A stretch of 64,000 nt of DNA from Acidimicrobiia bacterium (GTDB taxonomy: Bacteria > Actinomycetota > Acidimicrobiia > Spongiisociales > UBA5794). The stretch is taken from the NCBI GenBank assembly GCA_051011415.1, contig JBPCTY010000047.1, positions 17,946-81,945 of the forward strand. Reading direction: 5' to 3'. Below the pieces are notes generated by a model. It saw only the letters and a list, made by a program, of their open reading frames with translations, was not told the origin of the DNA and made no database searches. A program made the translations under genes and the position numbers. Below, piece by piece: positions 18,672-28,918 of the stretch; the stretch's first letter is position 1; each line of letters starts with the position of its first letter.

Positions 18672-19844
18672 GTGGGCGACAATACGACGATGAGCACATC
18701 GTCGTTCGCCCACAGGCGCGCCACCGATCCAGCGACGCTGGAGCGGCTATTCGGGTCCACAGACGTTCTGCCGCTGTGGATCGCCGAACCGACCCTTCCT
18801 CCACCTCAGGAGGTCTCGGCGGTGATGCAGTCGCGAGCACAAACGGACTTTTTTGGCTACGAGATTCGACCCCATGAGCTTCGCACGGCCTTTTGGAGTT
18901 GGATGGAGGCCCGACACGGTTGGGCAGGCGATGGTACGAAGACATCGTTCAGCCCCTCCGTTGGAGCGACCTTCGGCACAGTTATTGAGCTTGTCACCGA
19001 GGTTGGTGATCGGATCATTCTCCAGCCGCCTGTGTTTACCGACTTCAAGCCGGCGATTCGGAGAAGTAGACGTGAGCCGCTCACCAATCCTCTCGTCCTG
19101 GACCGAAAGCGATACGGAATCGATCTGGAGCATCTTGCGAAGGTGGCTTCCGATCCTGCGTCGAAGCTTCTGGTGTTGTGCAACCCGCACAATCCCGTTG
19201 GACGGACATGGACGCGTGGCGAGCTTGCTGCGGTGGCAGTCATCTGTGCGGAGAACGACGTCGCTGTGTTCGCAGATGAGGTCCACGGCGATCTAGCGCT
19301 CTTTGACGGGGAGTATGTCCCATTCGGCTCGGTTGAAGGCGCCGGCGCCGTACGTTGGCTGTCGTCTTCGAGCCCGATCAAGTCGTTTGGCCTGGCGGGC
19401 GTGGCAGACACGATGGCGATATCGAACGACGAGCACCTCACGACTGAGTTCAGACGCTTTGGCGAACGTTTCCACCTCGTTCGAAACCACGTGTTTGGTG
19501 TGGCCGCGTCAATCGCGGCGTATCAAGTGGGTGGACCGTGGATTGACGAGTTCCGTGGTGTGATCGAGGGCAACGTTGCTCGGCTTGCCGAGGGGCTGCC
19601 TGAACCCTTGAGCCTCGTACCGACCGAAGCGACCTATCTGGCCTGGATCGACTTCCGCGGCCTTGGCCTCGACGTTCCAGAGCTCTCGCGTTGGCTGGTC
19701 GACGAGGCACGCCTTGCCCTTAGCCCTGGGCACTGGTTTGGCCGTGAGGGAGCGGGCTTCGGTCGCATGACCATCGCATCACCTCCCTGGGTTATCGATG
19801 ATGCGGTTAGTCGGCTCGGGGATGCGGTGGCACGCCTCTCCTAG
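18672..19844 (+). CDS. PLP-dependent C-S lyase, MalY/PatB family (class I/II aminotransferase fold)
   Basis: [17 protein letters not shown], and the PLP-lysine context [12 protein letters not shown]. Confidence 0.85.
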   Translation: MGDNTTMSTSSFAHRRATDPATLERLFGSTDVLPLWIAEPTLPPPQEVSAVMQSRAQTDFFGYEIRPHELRTAFWSWMEARHGWAGDGTKTSFSPSVGATFGTVIELVTEVGDRIILQPPVFTDFKPAIRRSRREPLTNPLVLDRKRYGIDLEHLAKVASDPASKLLVLCNPHNPVGRTWTRGELAAVAVICAENDVAVFADEVHGDLALFDGEYVPFGSVEGAGAVRWLSSSSPIKSFGLAGVADTMAISNDEHLTTEFRRFGERFHLVRNHVFGVAASIAAYQVGGPWIDEFRGVIEGNVARLAEGLPEPLSLVPTEATYLAWIDFRGLGLDVPELSRWLVDEARLALSPGHWFGREGAGFGRMTIASPPWVIDDAVSRLGDAVARLS

Positions 19845-19905
19845 GCGGCAATGGACGCCTCAGATCGTGTGATACTGACCCTCCCAATCGAGCAAAGAGG
19901 AAGAC

Positions 19906-20340
19906 TTGTCTAACACAGCAGACAACCCGACAGTCGTACCACCGAGGGTGGTCTTCCTGTGTGTCCACAATGCCGGTAGGTCACAGATGGCCGCTGGCTG
20001 GTTGCGTTCGCTCGCCGGCGACCGAGTCGATGTGTTTTCAGGCGGCTCCGACCCGGGAGAACAGGTAAATGCTGCTGCCATCGAGGTGATGGCCGAACGA
20101 GGGATCGACATTGCCGGAGCGACGCCTCAACGGTGGACGGATGAGATTGTTGCGTCGGCTGATGTTGTGATCACGATGGGCTGCGGAGATACGTGCCCTG
20201 TATTCCCCGGCGTCAGGTACGAGGACTGGGAACTTGAGGATCCGGCGGGCCGCTCGGCTGATGCCGTGCGTCCGATTCGCGATGACATTGAGCAGCGGGT
20301 TCTCCAGCTGATGGATCGTCTCGGCGTCGCTCGGGTCTAG
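19906..20340 (+). CDS. arsC: Arsenate reductase, LMW-PTP family
   Basis: VVFLCVHNAGRSQMAAGW P-loop and a downstream GCGDTCP cysteine pair. TTG start. Confidence 0.85.
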   Translation: MSNTADNPTVVPPRVVFLCVHNAGRSQMAAGWLRSLAGDRVDVFSGGSDPGEQVNAAAIEVMAERGIDIAGATPQRWTDEIVASADVVITMGCGDTCPVFPGVRYEDWELEDPAGRSADAVRPIRDDIEQRVLQLMDRLGVARV

Positions 20341-20367
20341 TCGGTGCGACCAGGTCGTTACGAGCGG

Positions 20368-20571
20368 TCAGCTTGCGTCATCGTCGCTCTTTGACGACTT
20401 GGAAATGCCTGCGACCCCAACGGCAGCACCGATAGCAACTCCGATCGCAATCCACACGGGGCTGTCGGTTGCGGCGAACAAGGCCGCTCCGACACCGGCG
20501 CCAATCGCAACGCCAACGCCTGCGCCGACGGCCTTCTTGTCCGGCTGTGGTCGGTCGTCTTCTGGTTCCAT
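20368..20571 (-). CDS. Small glycine-zipper membrane protein, the last gene of the cop operon
   Basis: Trimmed to ATG 20571, 10 nt after the copA stop. The sequence MEPEDDRPQPDKKAVGAGVGVAIGAGVGAALFAA...GVAIGAAVGVAG carries GxxxG/A repeats. Confidence 0.45.
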   Translation of the reverse strand: MEPEDDRPQPDKKAVGAGVGVAIGAGVGAALFAATDSPVWIAIGVAIGAAVGVAGISKSSKSDDDAS

Positions 20572-20581
20572 GGACGAGATG

Positions 20582-22774
20582 CTATCGAAACCGTCGCAGC
20601 CGAAGGGAGTTCGCAACCACGCTGACGGATGAGAACGCCATTGCGGCGGCAGCGATCATTGGATTGAGGAAGCCGAGAGCGGCGAGCGGGATTGCTGCGG
20701 TGTTGTAGGCAAAAGCCCAGAACAGATTCTGACGGATGATGTGCAGCGTCTTCCTTGCCAACCGGATAGCGACAACCGCTGTCGATGGATCTCCAGACAT
20801 CAGCACGACATCCCCGGCCTCGATGGCGACATCTGTGCCCGACCCGACTGCCATCCCGAGATCCGCAACAGTCAATGCCGGGGCATCGTTGATTCCGTCT
20901 CCAACGAAAGCGACGACCTTGCCTTCGCTTTGGAGCTGTTCAATTGTGTTGGCCTTCTGAGCTGGAAGAACCTCAGCGATGACAGATTCGATACCGACCT
21001 CATCGCCGATGGGAACGGCGGTTGTGGCTGCGTCTCCTGTCAGCATCACGGTTGAGAGTCCGTCCTCATGCAGCTCTGCGATAGCGGGGCCCGCCGAATC
21101 TCTAACCGCATCCGCAACGCTGATGACTCCACGAACCTCGCCGTCCCAACCCGCAAAGAAGGTGGTGTGTCCCGCTGCGGCCACTTCATCGAACCGCTCC
21201 CTGATGTCGTCGACACCATCCCAGCCCAGTTCGTCGAACAGATGCACAGTCCCGGCAGCAACGACGTGTTCCTCTACGGTGCCAACCGCACCTCGTCCCT
21301 GCACGGCAGTGAAGTCGTTAACCGAAACCAGGGAGAGATCCCGTTGCTCGGCGCCCAGAACGACGGCACGCCCGATCGGATGCTCGGACCCGGTCTCGAG
21401 TGAACCGACAAGCACCAGGAACCGGTCGAGGTTCTCGTCCGTCGCAACGGCTGAGAGGGTCATCGCACCCCGGGTGAGCGTTCCCGTCTTGTCAAAAATG
21501 ACTGTATCGACACCGGTAGCGCGTTCAAATACCTCGGCGTTCTTGAAGAGCACCCCAAGCTCGGCCCCCCGTCCCGAGCCGACCATGATTGCAGTCGGTG
21601 TGGCAAGGCCAAGCGCACATGGACAAGCAATGATCAGCACTGCGACCGCATTGCTCATGGCATTGGATACATCTCCATCGCTGAGCATCCAGCCAACGAA
21701 CACGGCAAGCGCGATGCCGAGCACGACAGGTACGAACACGCCGGAGATCCGGTCGGCGAGTTTCTGCACGGGAGCCTTTGTCGCTTGCGCATCCTCGACC
21801 AGGCGCATGATCTGACTGAGGGCGGTGTTCGGCCCGACGAACTCAACGTCGACTTCGAGCCTGCCTTGCTGATTGACCGTTGCCGCGAACACCTGATCGC
21901 CCGGACGCTTTGTCACTGCAACGCTTTCTCCGGTGAGCATGGACTCGTCGACGCCTGATGCACCCGACGCGATCGTTCCATCTGCAGGAATCTTCTCCCC
22001 CGGCAGCACGATGACCGTATCTCCGGGTGCCAGATCGAGAGGATCAACCATTGTCTCGACACCGCCTCGAAGCAGCCTCGCTTGTTTGGCGCCAAGCTCA
22101 GCAAGCTTTGCAATCGCTGTGGAGGCCTCACCCTTTGCCCTTGCCTCGAAATATCGCCCGAGCAGGATCAGGGTCACAATCATCGCCGCGCTCTCGAAGA
22201 ACACATAGGCGCCGCCGTTCGAGAGATGATCGGCACTGATCACCGACTCAGCGCCTTCCGAAAACAGAACGACAGTTGAGTAGCCCCAAGCGGCAAGGGT
22301 TCCAACCGAGATCAGGGTGTCCATTGCAAGCGAGCGTGACGTCACCTGCTTCCACGCAGCCCTGTGAAACTGCCATCCGAACACCCACACAACGATTGTT
22401 GTCAGGACGAACTGAGCCCACGGGTTCCAAAGGGTCTCGGGCCCGAGCATGGCAAGAACCATCACTGGCACCGAAAGAGCCGCTGCGCCTATGACGTTGC
22501 GAAGCTGATACCTCGCCTCGGCATCCAGTCGGTCGGTAATCGATCGCCTGTCGTCGTCTGGACCGATCTCTTCGATGTCGTACCCGATCCGGGCGACAGC
22601 GTTTCGCAGGGACTCAAGGTCGGCTTCGTCTGTGACCGTTGCTCGCGCGTGTTGGCCTGCAAAGTTGACGACTGCTGACTCGACACCATCTTGCTTCCCG
22701 AGGACCCGCTCGATCCGGACAGCGCAGGACGCACAGGTCATGCCCTCAACGTCGAACCGTACGGTGTCGGTCAT
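20582..22774 (-). CDS. copA: Copper-translocating P1B-type ATPase
   Basis: N-terminal HMA domain [12 protein letters not shown], the CPC motif [20 protein letters not shown], and the GDGINDAP hinge. Confidence 0.95.
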   Translation of the reverse strand: MTDTVRFDVEGMTCASCAVRIERVLGKQDGVESAVVNFAGQHARATVTDEADLESLRNAVARIGYDIEEIGPDDDRRSITDRLDAEARYQLRNVIGAAALSVPVMVLAMLGPETLWNPWAQFVLTTIVVWVFGWQFHRAAWKQVTSRSLAMDTLISVGTLAAWGYSTVVLFSEGAESVISADHLSNGGAYVFFESAAMIVTLILLGRYFEARAKGEASTAIAKLAELGAKQARLLRGGVETMVDPLDLAPGDTVIVLPGEKIPADGTIASGASGVDESMLTGESVAVTKRPGDQVFAATVNQQGRLEVDVEFVGPNTALSQIMRLVEDAQATKAPVQKLADRISGVFVPVVLGIALAVFVGWMLSDGDVSNAMSNAVAVLIIACPCALGLATPTAIMVGSGRGAELGVLFKNAEVFERATGVDTVIFDKTGTLTRGAMTLSAVATDENLDRFLVLVGSLETGSEHPIGRAVVLGAEQRDLSLVSVNDFTAVQGRGAVGTVEEHVVAAGTVHLFDELGWDGVDDIRERFDEVAAAGHTTFFAGWDGEVRGVISVADAVRDSAGPAIAELHEDGLSTVMLTGDAATTAVPIGDEVGIESVIAEVLPAQKANTIEQLQSEGKVVAFVGDGINDAPALTVADLGMAVGSGTDVAIEAGDVVLMSGDPSTAVVAIRLARKTLHIIRQNLFWAFAYNTAAIPLAALGFLNPMIAAAAMAFSSVSVVANSLRLRRFR

Positions 22775-22778
22775 CTCG

Positions 22779-22988
22779 TCAGCGTGCTACTTCGTAGCCC
22801 TGGTCATCGATAGCCGTGATGATCGCCTCGAGCTCGACTGCTGACTCGTCGAACGTGATGTCGACGACGCGTGCGTCGATCGTCACCTCAGCTGAGGCGA
22901 CACCGTCCATTGGAGCCACGGCCCCTTCGATTGCGCTCTTGCAGTGGGCACACGAGATGTCTGGCACGTTGAGCGTTACTCGGGTCAT
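22779..22988 (-). CDS. copZ: Copper chaperone, HMA domain
   Basis: 69 aa with a ferredoxin-like HMA fold and the metal site ISCAHCK. Confidence 0.88.
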   Translation of the reverse strand: MTRVTLNVPDISCAHCKSAIEGAVAPMDGVASAEVTIDARVVDITFDESAVELEAIITAIDDQGYEVAR

Positions 22989-23266
22989 CCTGATCCCTTC
23001 GATGCGGGGGAGTAGCGGATCGTCTCCATGAGCTCGTCGACGACCTGCTCTGACCGTCCTTCTTTGACATGCTCGACGACGCAGGTTTCGATGTGGTTTT
23101 GCAGGAGGATCCGGTTGACCCCTTCAAGCGATCCCTCGAGTGCGGACACCTGCTTCATGATGTCCGGGCAGTACTTCTCTTCCTCAACCATGCGGATGAC
23201 CGCATCCATGTGTCCACGAACGGTCTTGAGCCGATTGAGTGCGGCGGTCTTGTGTTCAGGTTTCAT
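22985..23266 (-). CDS. csoR: CsoR-family copper-sensing transcriptional repressor
   Basis: Trimmed to ATG 23266 (MKPEHKTAALNRLKTVRGHMDAVIRMVEEEKYCPDI...NHIETC). The C-H-C ligand pattern is present. 4-nt overlap with copZ. Confidence 0.9.
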   Translation of the reverse strand: MKPEHKTAALNRLKTVRGHMDAVIRMVEEEKYCPDIMKQVSALEGSLEGVNRILLQNHIETCVVEHVKEGRSEQVVDELMETIRYSPASKGSG

Positions 23267-23276
23267 GCCGGAAGTA

Positions 23277-23297
23277 TACCCCACCCCCAGGGGGGTA
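23277..23297 (-). promoter_or_regulatory. Putative CsoR operator
   Basis: TACCCCACCCCCAGGGGGGTA lies 11 bp upstream of the csoR start. It is a G/C-tract pseudo-palindrome with TACCCC/GGGGTA arms, resembling described CsoR boxes. Confidence 0.7.
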
Positions 23298-23315
23298 GGG
23301 GCGAGATTGTGAGTG

Positions 23316-24119
23316 TCAGGGTCGGAGAAGCATGCCGATGCGTCTCGAGGTAATGACGGAGCCAACAAGCCCGATCGCCAGCAGGTAGGCGATGTTGATG
23401 ATCATCGTCCAATGAAGAACGCCAAGAGTGAGCCCACGGACCAGCTGGACACCGTGGTAGAGCGGCGAGAACCATGCAATGACCTGCATGACCGGTGGGT
23501 AGACGTCCAATGGATAGAAGGTTGCTGAGAACAAGAAGAGCGGGAGAGTGATGAAGGTCACCAGGTCAAGATCCTGCCACGTGCGCATCCATGTGGTGCC
23601 GGCTGTGGCGATGGCACCGAATGCGAACCCGATGAGAATCGTCGCGGGAAAGGCAAGGATGCCAAGGGGCGACTCGATGAGGCCCATGACTGCCATCACC
23701 ACAAGGAATGCGAGGGAGTACACCGCACCACGGGTGAGTGTCCAGCCGATTTCACCCGAAGCAACATCGTTCGGTTCAACTGGCGTGGCCAGGGCGCCGT
23801 CGTAGATCTTGCCGTACTTCAGCTTGAAGAAGATGTTGGTCGATTCGAACACTGCACCGTTCATTGCCGATGCAGCCAGCATCGCTGGAGCCACGAAGGC
23901 TGTGTACGAAACTGGCATGCCACGGAAGGTGACTTCGCCGGCGAGCTGCCCGATACCGACGCCAATGGCAAACAGATAGAAGACCGGCTCGAAGAATCCC
24001 GAAAGCAACACCGGCCAGAATGACTTCGTGGACATGATGTTCCGCTCGATGAGATAGCGGCCCCTCCATCGCCGCGGGAGCGGCGGAATGACGCGTGCGG
24101 TGAGTGTTCGGGAGGTCAT
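23316..24119 (-). CDS. ABC-2 type transporter permease (second permease)
   Basis: Trimmed to ATG 24119, which overlaps the upstream stop as ATGA. 6-TM ABC-2 profile. Confidence 0.85.
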   Translation of the reverse strand: MTSRTLTARVIPPLPRRWRGRYLIERNIMSTKSFWPVLLSGFFEPVFYLFAIGVGIGQLAGEVTFRGMPVSYTAFVAPAMLAASAMNGAVFESTNIFFKLKYGKIYDGALATPVEPNDVASGEIGWTLTRGAVYSLAFLVVMAVMGLIESPLGILAFPATILIGFAFGAIATAGTTWMRTWQDLDLVTFITLPLFLFSATFYPLDVYPPVMQVIAWFSPLYHGVQLVRGLTLGVLHWTMIINIAYLLAIGLVGSVITSRRIGMLLRP

Positions 24120-24892
24120 GGTGTGAGCCTCTTCCGCATCGGGGGAAGCGACAGGAACGCAGGGATGATGATCAACGCGGTCAGGTACGTGAGCGAGATC
24201 CATGGCGTCACGGCCGGGTCAGTGCCAACGACAATGGCTCTAGCGAGTTCAACACCGTGATACATCGGAGTGATCAGGGCAACGGGTTGCAGCCAATCAG
24301 GCAGCTGACTGATCGGGAAGAAGGCTCCCGAAAACAGGAACATCGGGATCACAACGAATCGGAAGTACATGGGCAGCGCGGCCATGTCTTCGAGTCGCAC
24401 GGTCATTGCTGTCGTGATCGAGGCCATGGCCATACCGACGAGCAGTGCGGGTCCGACGGCCAGAAGGGACTGAAGGAGTGGTGCAACGCGGAAGATGGAC
24501 ATCACGATTGCGAAGATCACGGACACCATCAACACCCTCGCCGCCGACCACAGCAGATGCCCCCACAGCAGTCCGTTGACGCCGATCGGGGTAGCGGTGC
24601 GTGCCTGCCAGGTCTGCGCCCACTTGATGCCACCCATGACTTTCCAGGCGCCTTCGCCGGCTCCGGTCTGCATCGCAGTGCCGACCAGCAGGCCCGGTGC
24701 CAGGAATGTCAGGTATGACACCCCTTCGAGTCCTTCTGGCAGGTTGGCGTCCACGAGGGTGCCGAGGCCAACACCCATGGCGAGCAGGTAGAGAATCGGG
24801 TTGAGAAAGCTGGAGAAGACTGACCCGCGCCATGTGCGTCGGTAGACCCGGGCCTCGGCCTCGAAGACGCGAACCGAAAGAGGGGTGGCCAT
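24116..24892 (-). CDS. ABC-2 type transporter permease (first permease)
   Basis: 258 aa with 6 TM segments. Its ATG abuts the ATPase gene's TAG. Confidence 0.85.
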   Translation of the reverse strand: MATPLSVRVFEAEARVYRRTWRGSVFSSFLNPILYLLAMGVGLGTLVDANLPEGLEGVSYLTFLAPGLLVGTAMQTGAGEGAWKVMGGIKWAQTWQARTATPIGVNGLLWGHLLWSAARVLMVSVIFAIVMSIFRVAPLLQSLLAVGPALLVGMAMASITTAMTVRLEDMAALPMYFRFVVIPMFLFSGAFFPISQLPDWLQPVALITPMYHGVELARAIVVGTDPAVTPWISLTYLTALIIIPAFLSLPPMRKRLTP

Positions 24893-25822
24893 CTATTCGA
24901 CCAGGGTCCGACCGGTGAGTCTCAGAAACACATCCTCAAGGGTCGATCGTCTGGCGAGGACCGTTTCTGGCTGCAGATCGTTGGCCTCGGCGACGGTTCC
25001 GATGAGGTGCTCTGCATCGTCTGTGTAAACGAGCGCACGGTCTGCGAGGATCTCGGTTCGCTCAGCGAGTTCCTCGATCCGTTCCGTAATCGTCTCAAGC
25101 ACTCCAATCGGAAATCTGAGCTCGACGACGTCTCGGGGCGTGTAGGTCTCGATGAGCGATTGCGGAGAGCCTTCTGCAACGATTTGTCCCTTGTCCATCA
25201 CGACGAGCCTGTCGCACAGCTGTTCTGCTTCGTCCATGTAGTGCGTTGTGATGATCAGGGTGACGCCACGTTGCTTCAACCGATAGAGCCGATCCCAAAG
25301 CACGTGCCGTGCCTGTGGATCGAGCCCGGTGGTCGGCTCGTCGAGAATGTAGAGGTCGGGTTCGTTGATGAGTCCACGGGCGATGATCACCCTTCGCTTC
25401 ATGCCTCCCGACAGTGCAGATATTCGCTGGTCCCGCTTGTCCTCAAGTTGGACGAACTCAAGAAGGTCGTCGATACGATCGCGGATCGTCGACCGATCAA
25501 GGTCGAAATACCTTCCGTACATCATGAGGTTGTCGTAGACGGTTAGTTCCTCGTCGAGATTGTTCTCTTGTGGGACAACCCCAAGGCGACTTCGGAGCCG
25601 CGGCCCTTCCTTCATTGGATCAAGCCCAAGCACGGTGAGCGACCCTGAGGACACTGGACTCACCGCACCGATCATCCGCATTGTGGATGTCTTGCCAGCA
25701 CCGCTCGGCCCGAGAAAGCCGAACGACTCGCCTTCGTGGACTTCGAAATCGATGCCATCTACGGCGGTGAAGTCGCCAAAAGTCTTCGTGAGGGAGCGCC
25801 CCTCTATCAATGTGGTGGTCAT
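24893..25822 (-). CDS. ABC transporter ATP-binding protein (DrrA/NodI-like exporter ATPase)
   Basis: Trimmed to ATG 25822 (MTTTLIEGRSLTKTFG...). Walker A GPSGAGKTS, signature LSGGMKRR, Walker B LYILDEPTTGLD. Confidence 0.92.
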   Translation of the reverse strand: MTTTLIEGRSLTKTFGDFTAVDGIDFEVHEGESFGFLGPSGAGKTSTMRMIGAVSPVSSGSLTVLGLDPMKEGPRLRSRLGVVPQENNLDEELTVYDNLMMYGRYFDLDRSTIRDRIDDLLEFVQLEDKRDQRISALSGGMKRRVIIARGLINEPDLYILDEPTTGLDPQARHVLWDRLYRLKQRGVTLIITTHYMDEAEQLCDRLVVMDKGQIVAEGSPQSLIETYTPRDVVELRFPIGVLETITERIEELAERTEILADRALVYTDDAEHLIGTVAEANDLQPETVLARRSTLEDVFLRLTGRTLVE

Positions 25823-25847
25823 AGACGCAAAACGATAGTGGTCAGGC

Positions 25848-25859
25848 GAGACGCGTCTC
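25848..25859. promoter_or_regulatory. Perfect 12-bp palindrome in a divergent promoter region (candidate operator)
   Basis: GAGACGCGTCTC sits between the ABC ATPase start (25822) and the CPBP start (25938). Confidence 0.3.
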
Positions 25860-25937
25860 TCCGGCAGAAGCCAGATCAGTTTGAGCAACTCAGAACGCGG
25901 TTATGGTCGAGCAACCCACCGCAATACAAGGAATGTG

Positions 25938-26687
25938 ATGCGCATCAAACCAAATGCAGGCGTGGCTGTCGGGCTGGCCGTGGTCTACATGGCCATCTTT
26001 GGAGGCGTGTTCTACGCATCCGGCGTCGAATACGACGCGGTGACAGATTCGGCAGAGAATGTTCGGGCCGGGCTCGTCACCCCACTCGCCGCTGGTGCGA
26101 TCGCACTGGTTGCCATCACTTTCTTCCTCGGCTGGTGGAAGCCGGCGCTGCGTGAGCGGTCTCGCGTGCATGGGTGGCTGATCGCGATTCCGATTGTGAT
26201 GGTGCTCACCCTTCTCGTCGGCATCGACTACGGCAACCTCGGAGAGCTTGATTCCGAGCTCTTGTTGTGGATCGGCATCGGATCGCTGCTGGTCGGATTC
26301 AACGAAGAACTGATGTATCGCGGGCTCGCCATCGTCGGGTTCAGAGGTTCTGTATCAGAGGGATATGTGTGGCTGTGGACATCGGTGTTGTTCGGGTTGC
26401 TTCACAGCATCAACTTCCTGCTCGGCCAGGGTCTTGGTGCCACCCTCCAGCAGGTAGTCGTCACTTTTGCCATTGGCTCGGGGATGTACATCGCGAGAAG
26501 GACAACCGGATTGATTGTGGTCCCCATGGTGATGCATGCGCTGTGGGACTTCTCGAGCTTCACGCAGTCCGAAGGTCGCAGCATCTCAGGCCTGCTGTCC
26601 TACGTCGCACTGCTCGCCGTGATCATTGGGCTCATCGCCGGTCGAAAACACCTGTTTGCGTCCACAGAATCGGAGCAAACTGTCTGA
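25938..26687 (+). CDS. CPBP-family intramembrane glutamic endopeptidase (CAAX protease/Abi-like)
   Basis: Motifs EELMYRG, FGLLHS and HALWD in a polytopic protein. Trimmed to ATG 25938. Confidence 0.88.
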   Translation: MRIKPNAGVAVGLAVVYMAIFGGVFYASGVEYDAVTDSAENVRAGLVTPLAAGAIALVAITFFLGWWKPALRERSRVHGWLIAIPIVMVLTLLVGIDYGNLGELDSELLLWIGIGSLLVGFNEELMYRGLAIVGFRGSVSEGYVWLWTSVLFGLLHSINFLLGQGLGATLQQVVVTFAIGSGMYIARRTTGLIVVPMVMHALWDFSSFTQSEGRSISGLLSYVALLAVIIGLIAGRKHLFASTESEQTV

Positions 26688-26693
26688 GTCAGG

Positions 26694-27641
26694 TCAGGTC
26701 GTGAATCCGTTGGCTGCCATCCACTCGTCGTTGAACACCTTCGACAAGTAGGAGCGGCCAGAGTCGGGAAGGATCACGACGACGAGATTGTCGGGAGATT
26801 CCGTAGCGACCCGGATGGCTCCAGCCACCGCCATGCCACATGAGCCGCCAACGAGGATGCCCTCTTCAACGGCAAGCCTTCGGGTCATGTCGAACGCTTC
26901 TGCGTCATTCACCATCTCGTATCGATCGGTGAGATCAGGGTCATAGGTGGAAGGCCAGAAGTCCTCGCCGACTCCTTCGATCATGTAGGTGGTGACGTCG
27001 TCGTCGGTGGCCGCCGTGTAGATGGACCCTTCAGGGTCGACTCCGACGACAACGAGGTCTGGGTTCATGGTCTTGAGGTACCGGGCATTCCCAGAGATGG
27101 TGCCACCGGTGCCGACACCCGCAACGAAGATGTCGATCTGACCATCTGTCTGTTGCCAGATCTCAGGTCCGGTTGTGTCTACGTGCGCTTGTGGGTTCGC
27201 CGGATTGGAGTACTGGTCGGGTCTGTAGTGCCCGGGCTTCGATGCGAGCTCGTTTGCGACGGAGTAGTACGAGCGGGGGTCCTCTGGCTGCACATCCGTG
27301 GGGCAGAGCACCACCTGCGCGCCGTACGCGCGCAGCAGATCCTGCTTCTCCTTGGACTGCTTGTCCTGCATCACGCAGATGAGGTTGTATCCGCGAATGG
27401 CGGCGATCATGGCAAGACCGACCCCTGTGTTGCCACTGGTTGGCTCAACAATCGTGTCCCCTGGCTGGATCCAGCCGTTCTCTTCGGCACGTTCGATCAT
27501 GCCGAGCCCGATGCGGTCCTTGATGGAGCCACCTGGGTTCATGTACTCAATCTTGCCAACGAGGTTCCCCGGGGGGTGGAGTCTTGAGAGCCGGACCAGC
27601 GGTGTGCCGCCGATCGCCTCAACGATGTTGTCGTGGATCAT
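26694..27641 (-). CDS. Cysteine synthase / cystathionine beta-synthase-type PLP enzyme (no CBS pair domains)
   Basis: IGGTPLVRL, PLP lysine in NPGGSIKDR, and TSGNTGVGLA. Confidence 0.9.
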   Translation of the reverse strand: MIHDNIVEAIGGTPLVRLSRLHPPGNLVGKIEYMNPGGSIKDRIGLGMIERAEENGWIQPGDTIVEPTSGNTGVGLAMIAAIRGYNLICVMQDKQSKEKQDLLRAYGAQVVLCPTDVQPEDPRSYYSVANELASKPGHYRPDQYSNPANPQAHVDTTGPEIWQQTDGQIDIFVAGVGTGGTISGNARYLKTMNPDLVVVGVDPEGSIYTAATDDDVTTYMIEGVGEDFWPSTYDPDLTDRYEMVNDAEAFDMTRRLAVEEGILVGGSCGMAVAGAIRVATESPDNLVVVILPDSGRSYLSKVFNDEWMAANGFTT

Positions 27642-27732
27642 GCGCTCAGGTTATCTGCACAACGTTGGACGGTGGTCGAATGACACCCATACTTCGTGGC
27701 CTTGCCCAGCGACTGACGAGTATCGTCCTCGC

Positions 27733-28884
27733 ATGACCGAAGATCGTTTTGAGACCCTTGCGATACATGCCGGGCAGGAGCCTGAGCCGACGACCGGTGC
27801 GGCTGTCGTGCCCATCTATGCAACGTCCACCTATGTGCAAACAGCACCGGGCGAGCACACGGGGTACGAGTACTCGCGCACCGACAATCCAACTCGTACC
27901 GCCCTCCAGACCCAGATCGCCGCTCTCGAGGGTGTGGGGGAGGCCGATGAGGGCGGTTGTGTGGCAACCTCGTCCGGCCTTGCTGCAACTGCACTAATCG
28001 GCTATTTGCTCAAACCGGGTGATCACATCCTGTTGCCCAACGATGCATACGGGGGAACCTTCAGGCTGGTTGCACGTGTCATGGCAGAACACGGCATCGA
28101 GTGGTCAGCAGTGGACATGACCGATGCAGCGGCGCTGGCATCGGCGGTTCGGCCCTCGACAAAGGTGGTGTGGGTTGAGACGCCAACGAACCCGCTGCTT
28201 CGTGTCGTGGACGTCGACATCGTCGTCGCTGCTGCGTCCGGCGTTGGTGCCTGGGTTGTTGTCGACAACACGTTTGCAACGCCATACCTCCAGCAGCCCC
28301 TCGCCCAGGGAGCACACATGGTGGTGCACTCCTCAACCAAGTACCTCGGAGGTCACTCGGACACCGTCGGGGGAGCGATTGTCACCAACGACGGAGATCT
28401 TCATGAACGGCTCCGCTATCTCCAGAATGCGACGGGCCCTGTGCCTGGGCCGTTCGATTGCTACCTCGTGCTGCGTGGCATAAAGACACTCGGGGTCCGG
28501 ATGGATCGACACGTTGCAAACGCGACGCTTGTTGCCAACTTCCTGGACGATGACCCAAGGGTTGCCGAGGTCTGGTACCCAGGGTTGCCGTCCGACGCCG
28601 GACATGCGGTGGCTTCGCGGCAGATGTCGGGATTCGGGGGCATGGTGTCGTTCCGTCCGATTGGTGGCTTGGCAGCAGCGAACGAGATGGTGACGCGGAC
28701 GAGGCTCTTCTTTCTCGCCGAGAGCCTTGGCGGTGTCGAGTCGCTCATCGAGGTGCCAGCAGCCATGACACATCTCTCAGTCGAAGGAACAGACCTCGAG
28801 GTGCCGGAGGACCTGGTTCGCCTCAGTGTCGGCATCGAGCACGCCGACGACCTGCTGTCCGATCTTGATCGTGCTCTGGGTTGA
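27733..28884 (+). CDS. Cystathionine gamma-lyase/synthase (Cys/Met-metabolism PLP enzyme)
   Basis: Trimmed to ATG 27733 (MTEDRFETLAIHAGQEP...). PLP site HSSTKYLGGHSD. The upstream part of the track ORF is antisense to the divergent gene. Confidence 0.92.
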   Translation: MTEDRFETLAIHAGQEPEPTTGAAVVPIYATSTYVQTAPGEHTGYEYSRTDNPTRTALQTQIAALEGVGEADEGGCVATSSGLAATALIGYLLKPGDHILLPNDAYGGTFRLVARVMAEHGIEWSAVDMTDAAALASAVRPSTKVVWVETPTNPLLRVVDVDIVVAAASGVGAWVVVDNTFATPYLQQPLAQGAHMVVHSSTKYLGGHSDTVGGAIVTNDGDLHERLRYLQNATGPVPGPFDCYLVLRGIKTLGVRMDRHVANATLVANFLDDDPRVAEVWYPGLPSDAGHAVASRQMSGFGGMVSFRPIGGLAAANEMVTRTRLFFLAESLGGVESLIEVPAAMTHLSVEGTDLEVPEDLVRLSVGIEHADDLLSDLDRALG

Positions 28885-28918
28885 TTCGGTACGCTCGTCT
28901 TCGCATGGATAGCGCCAC

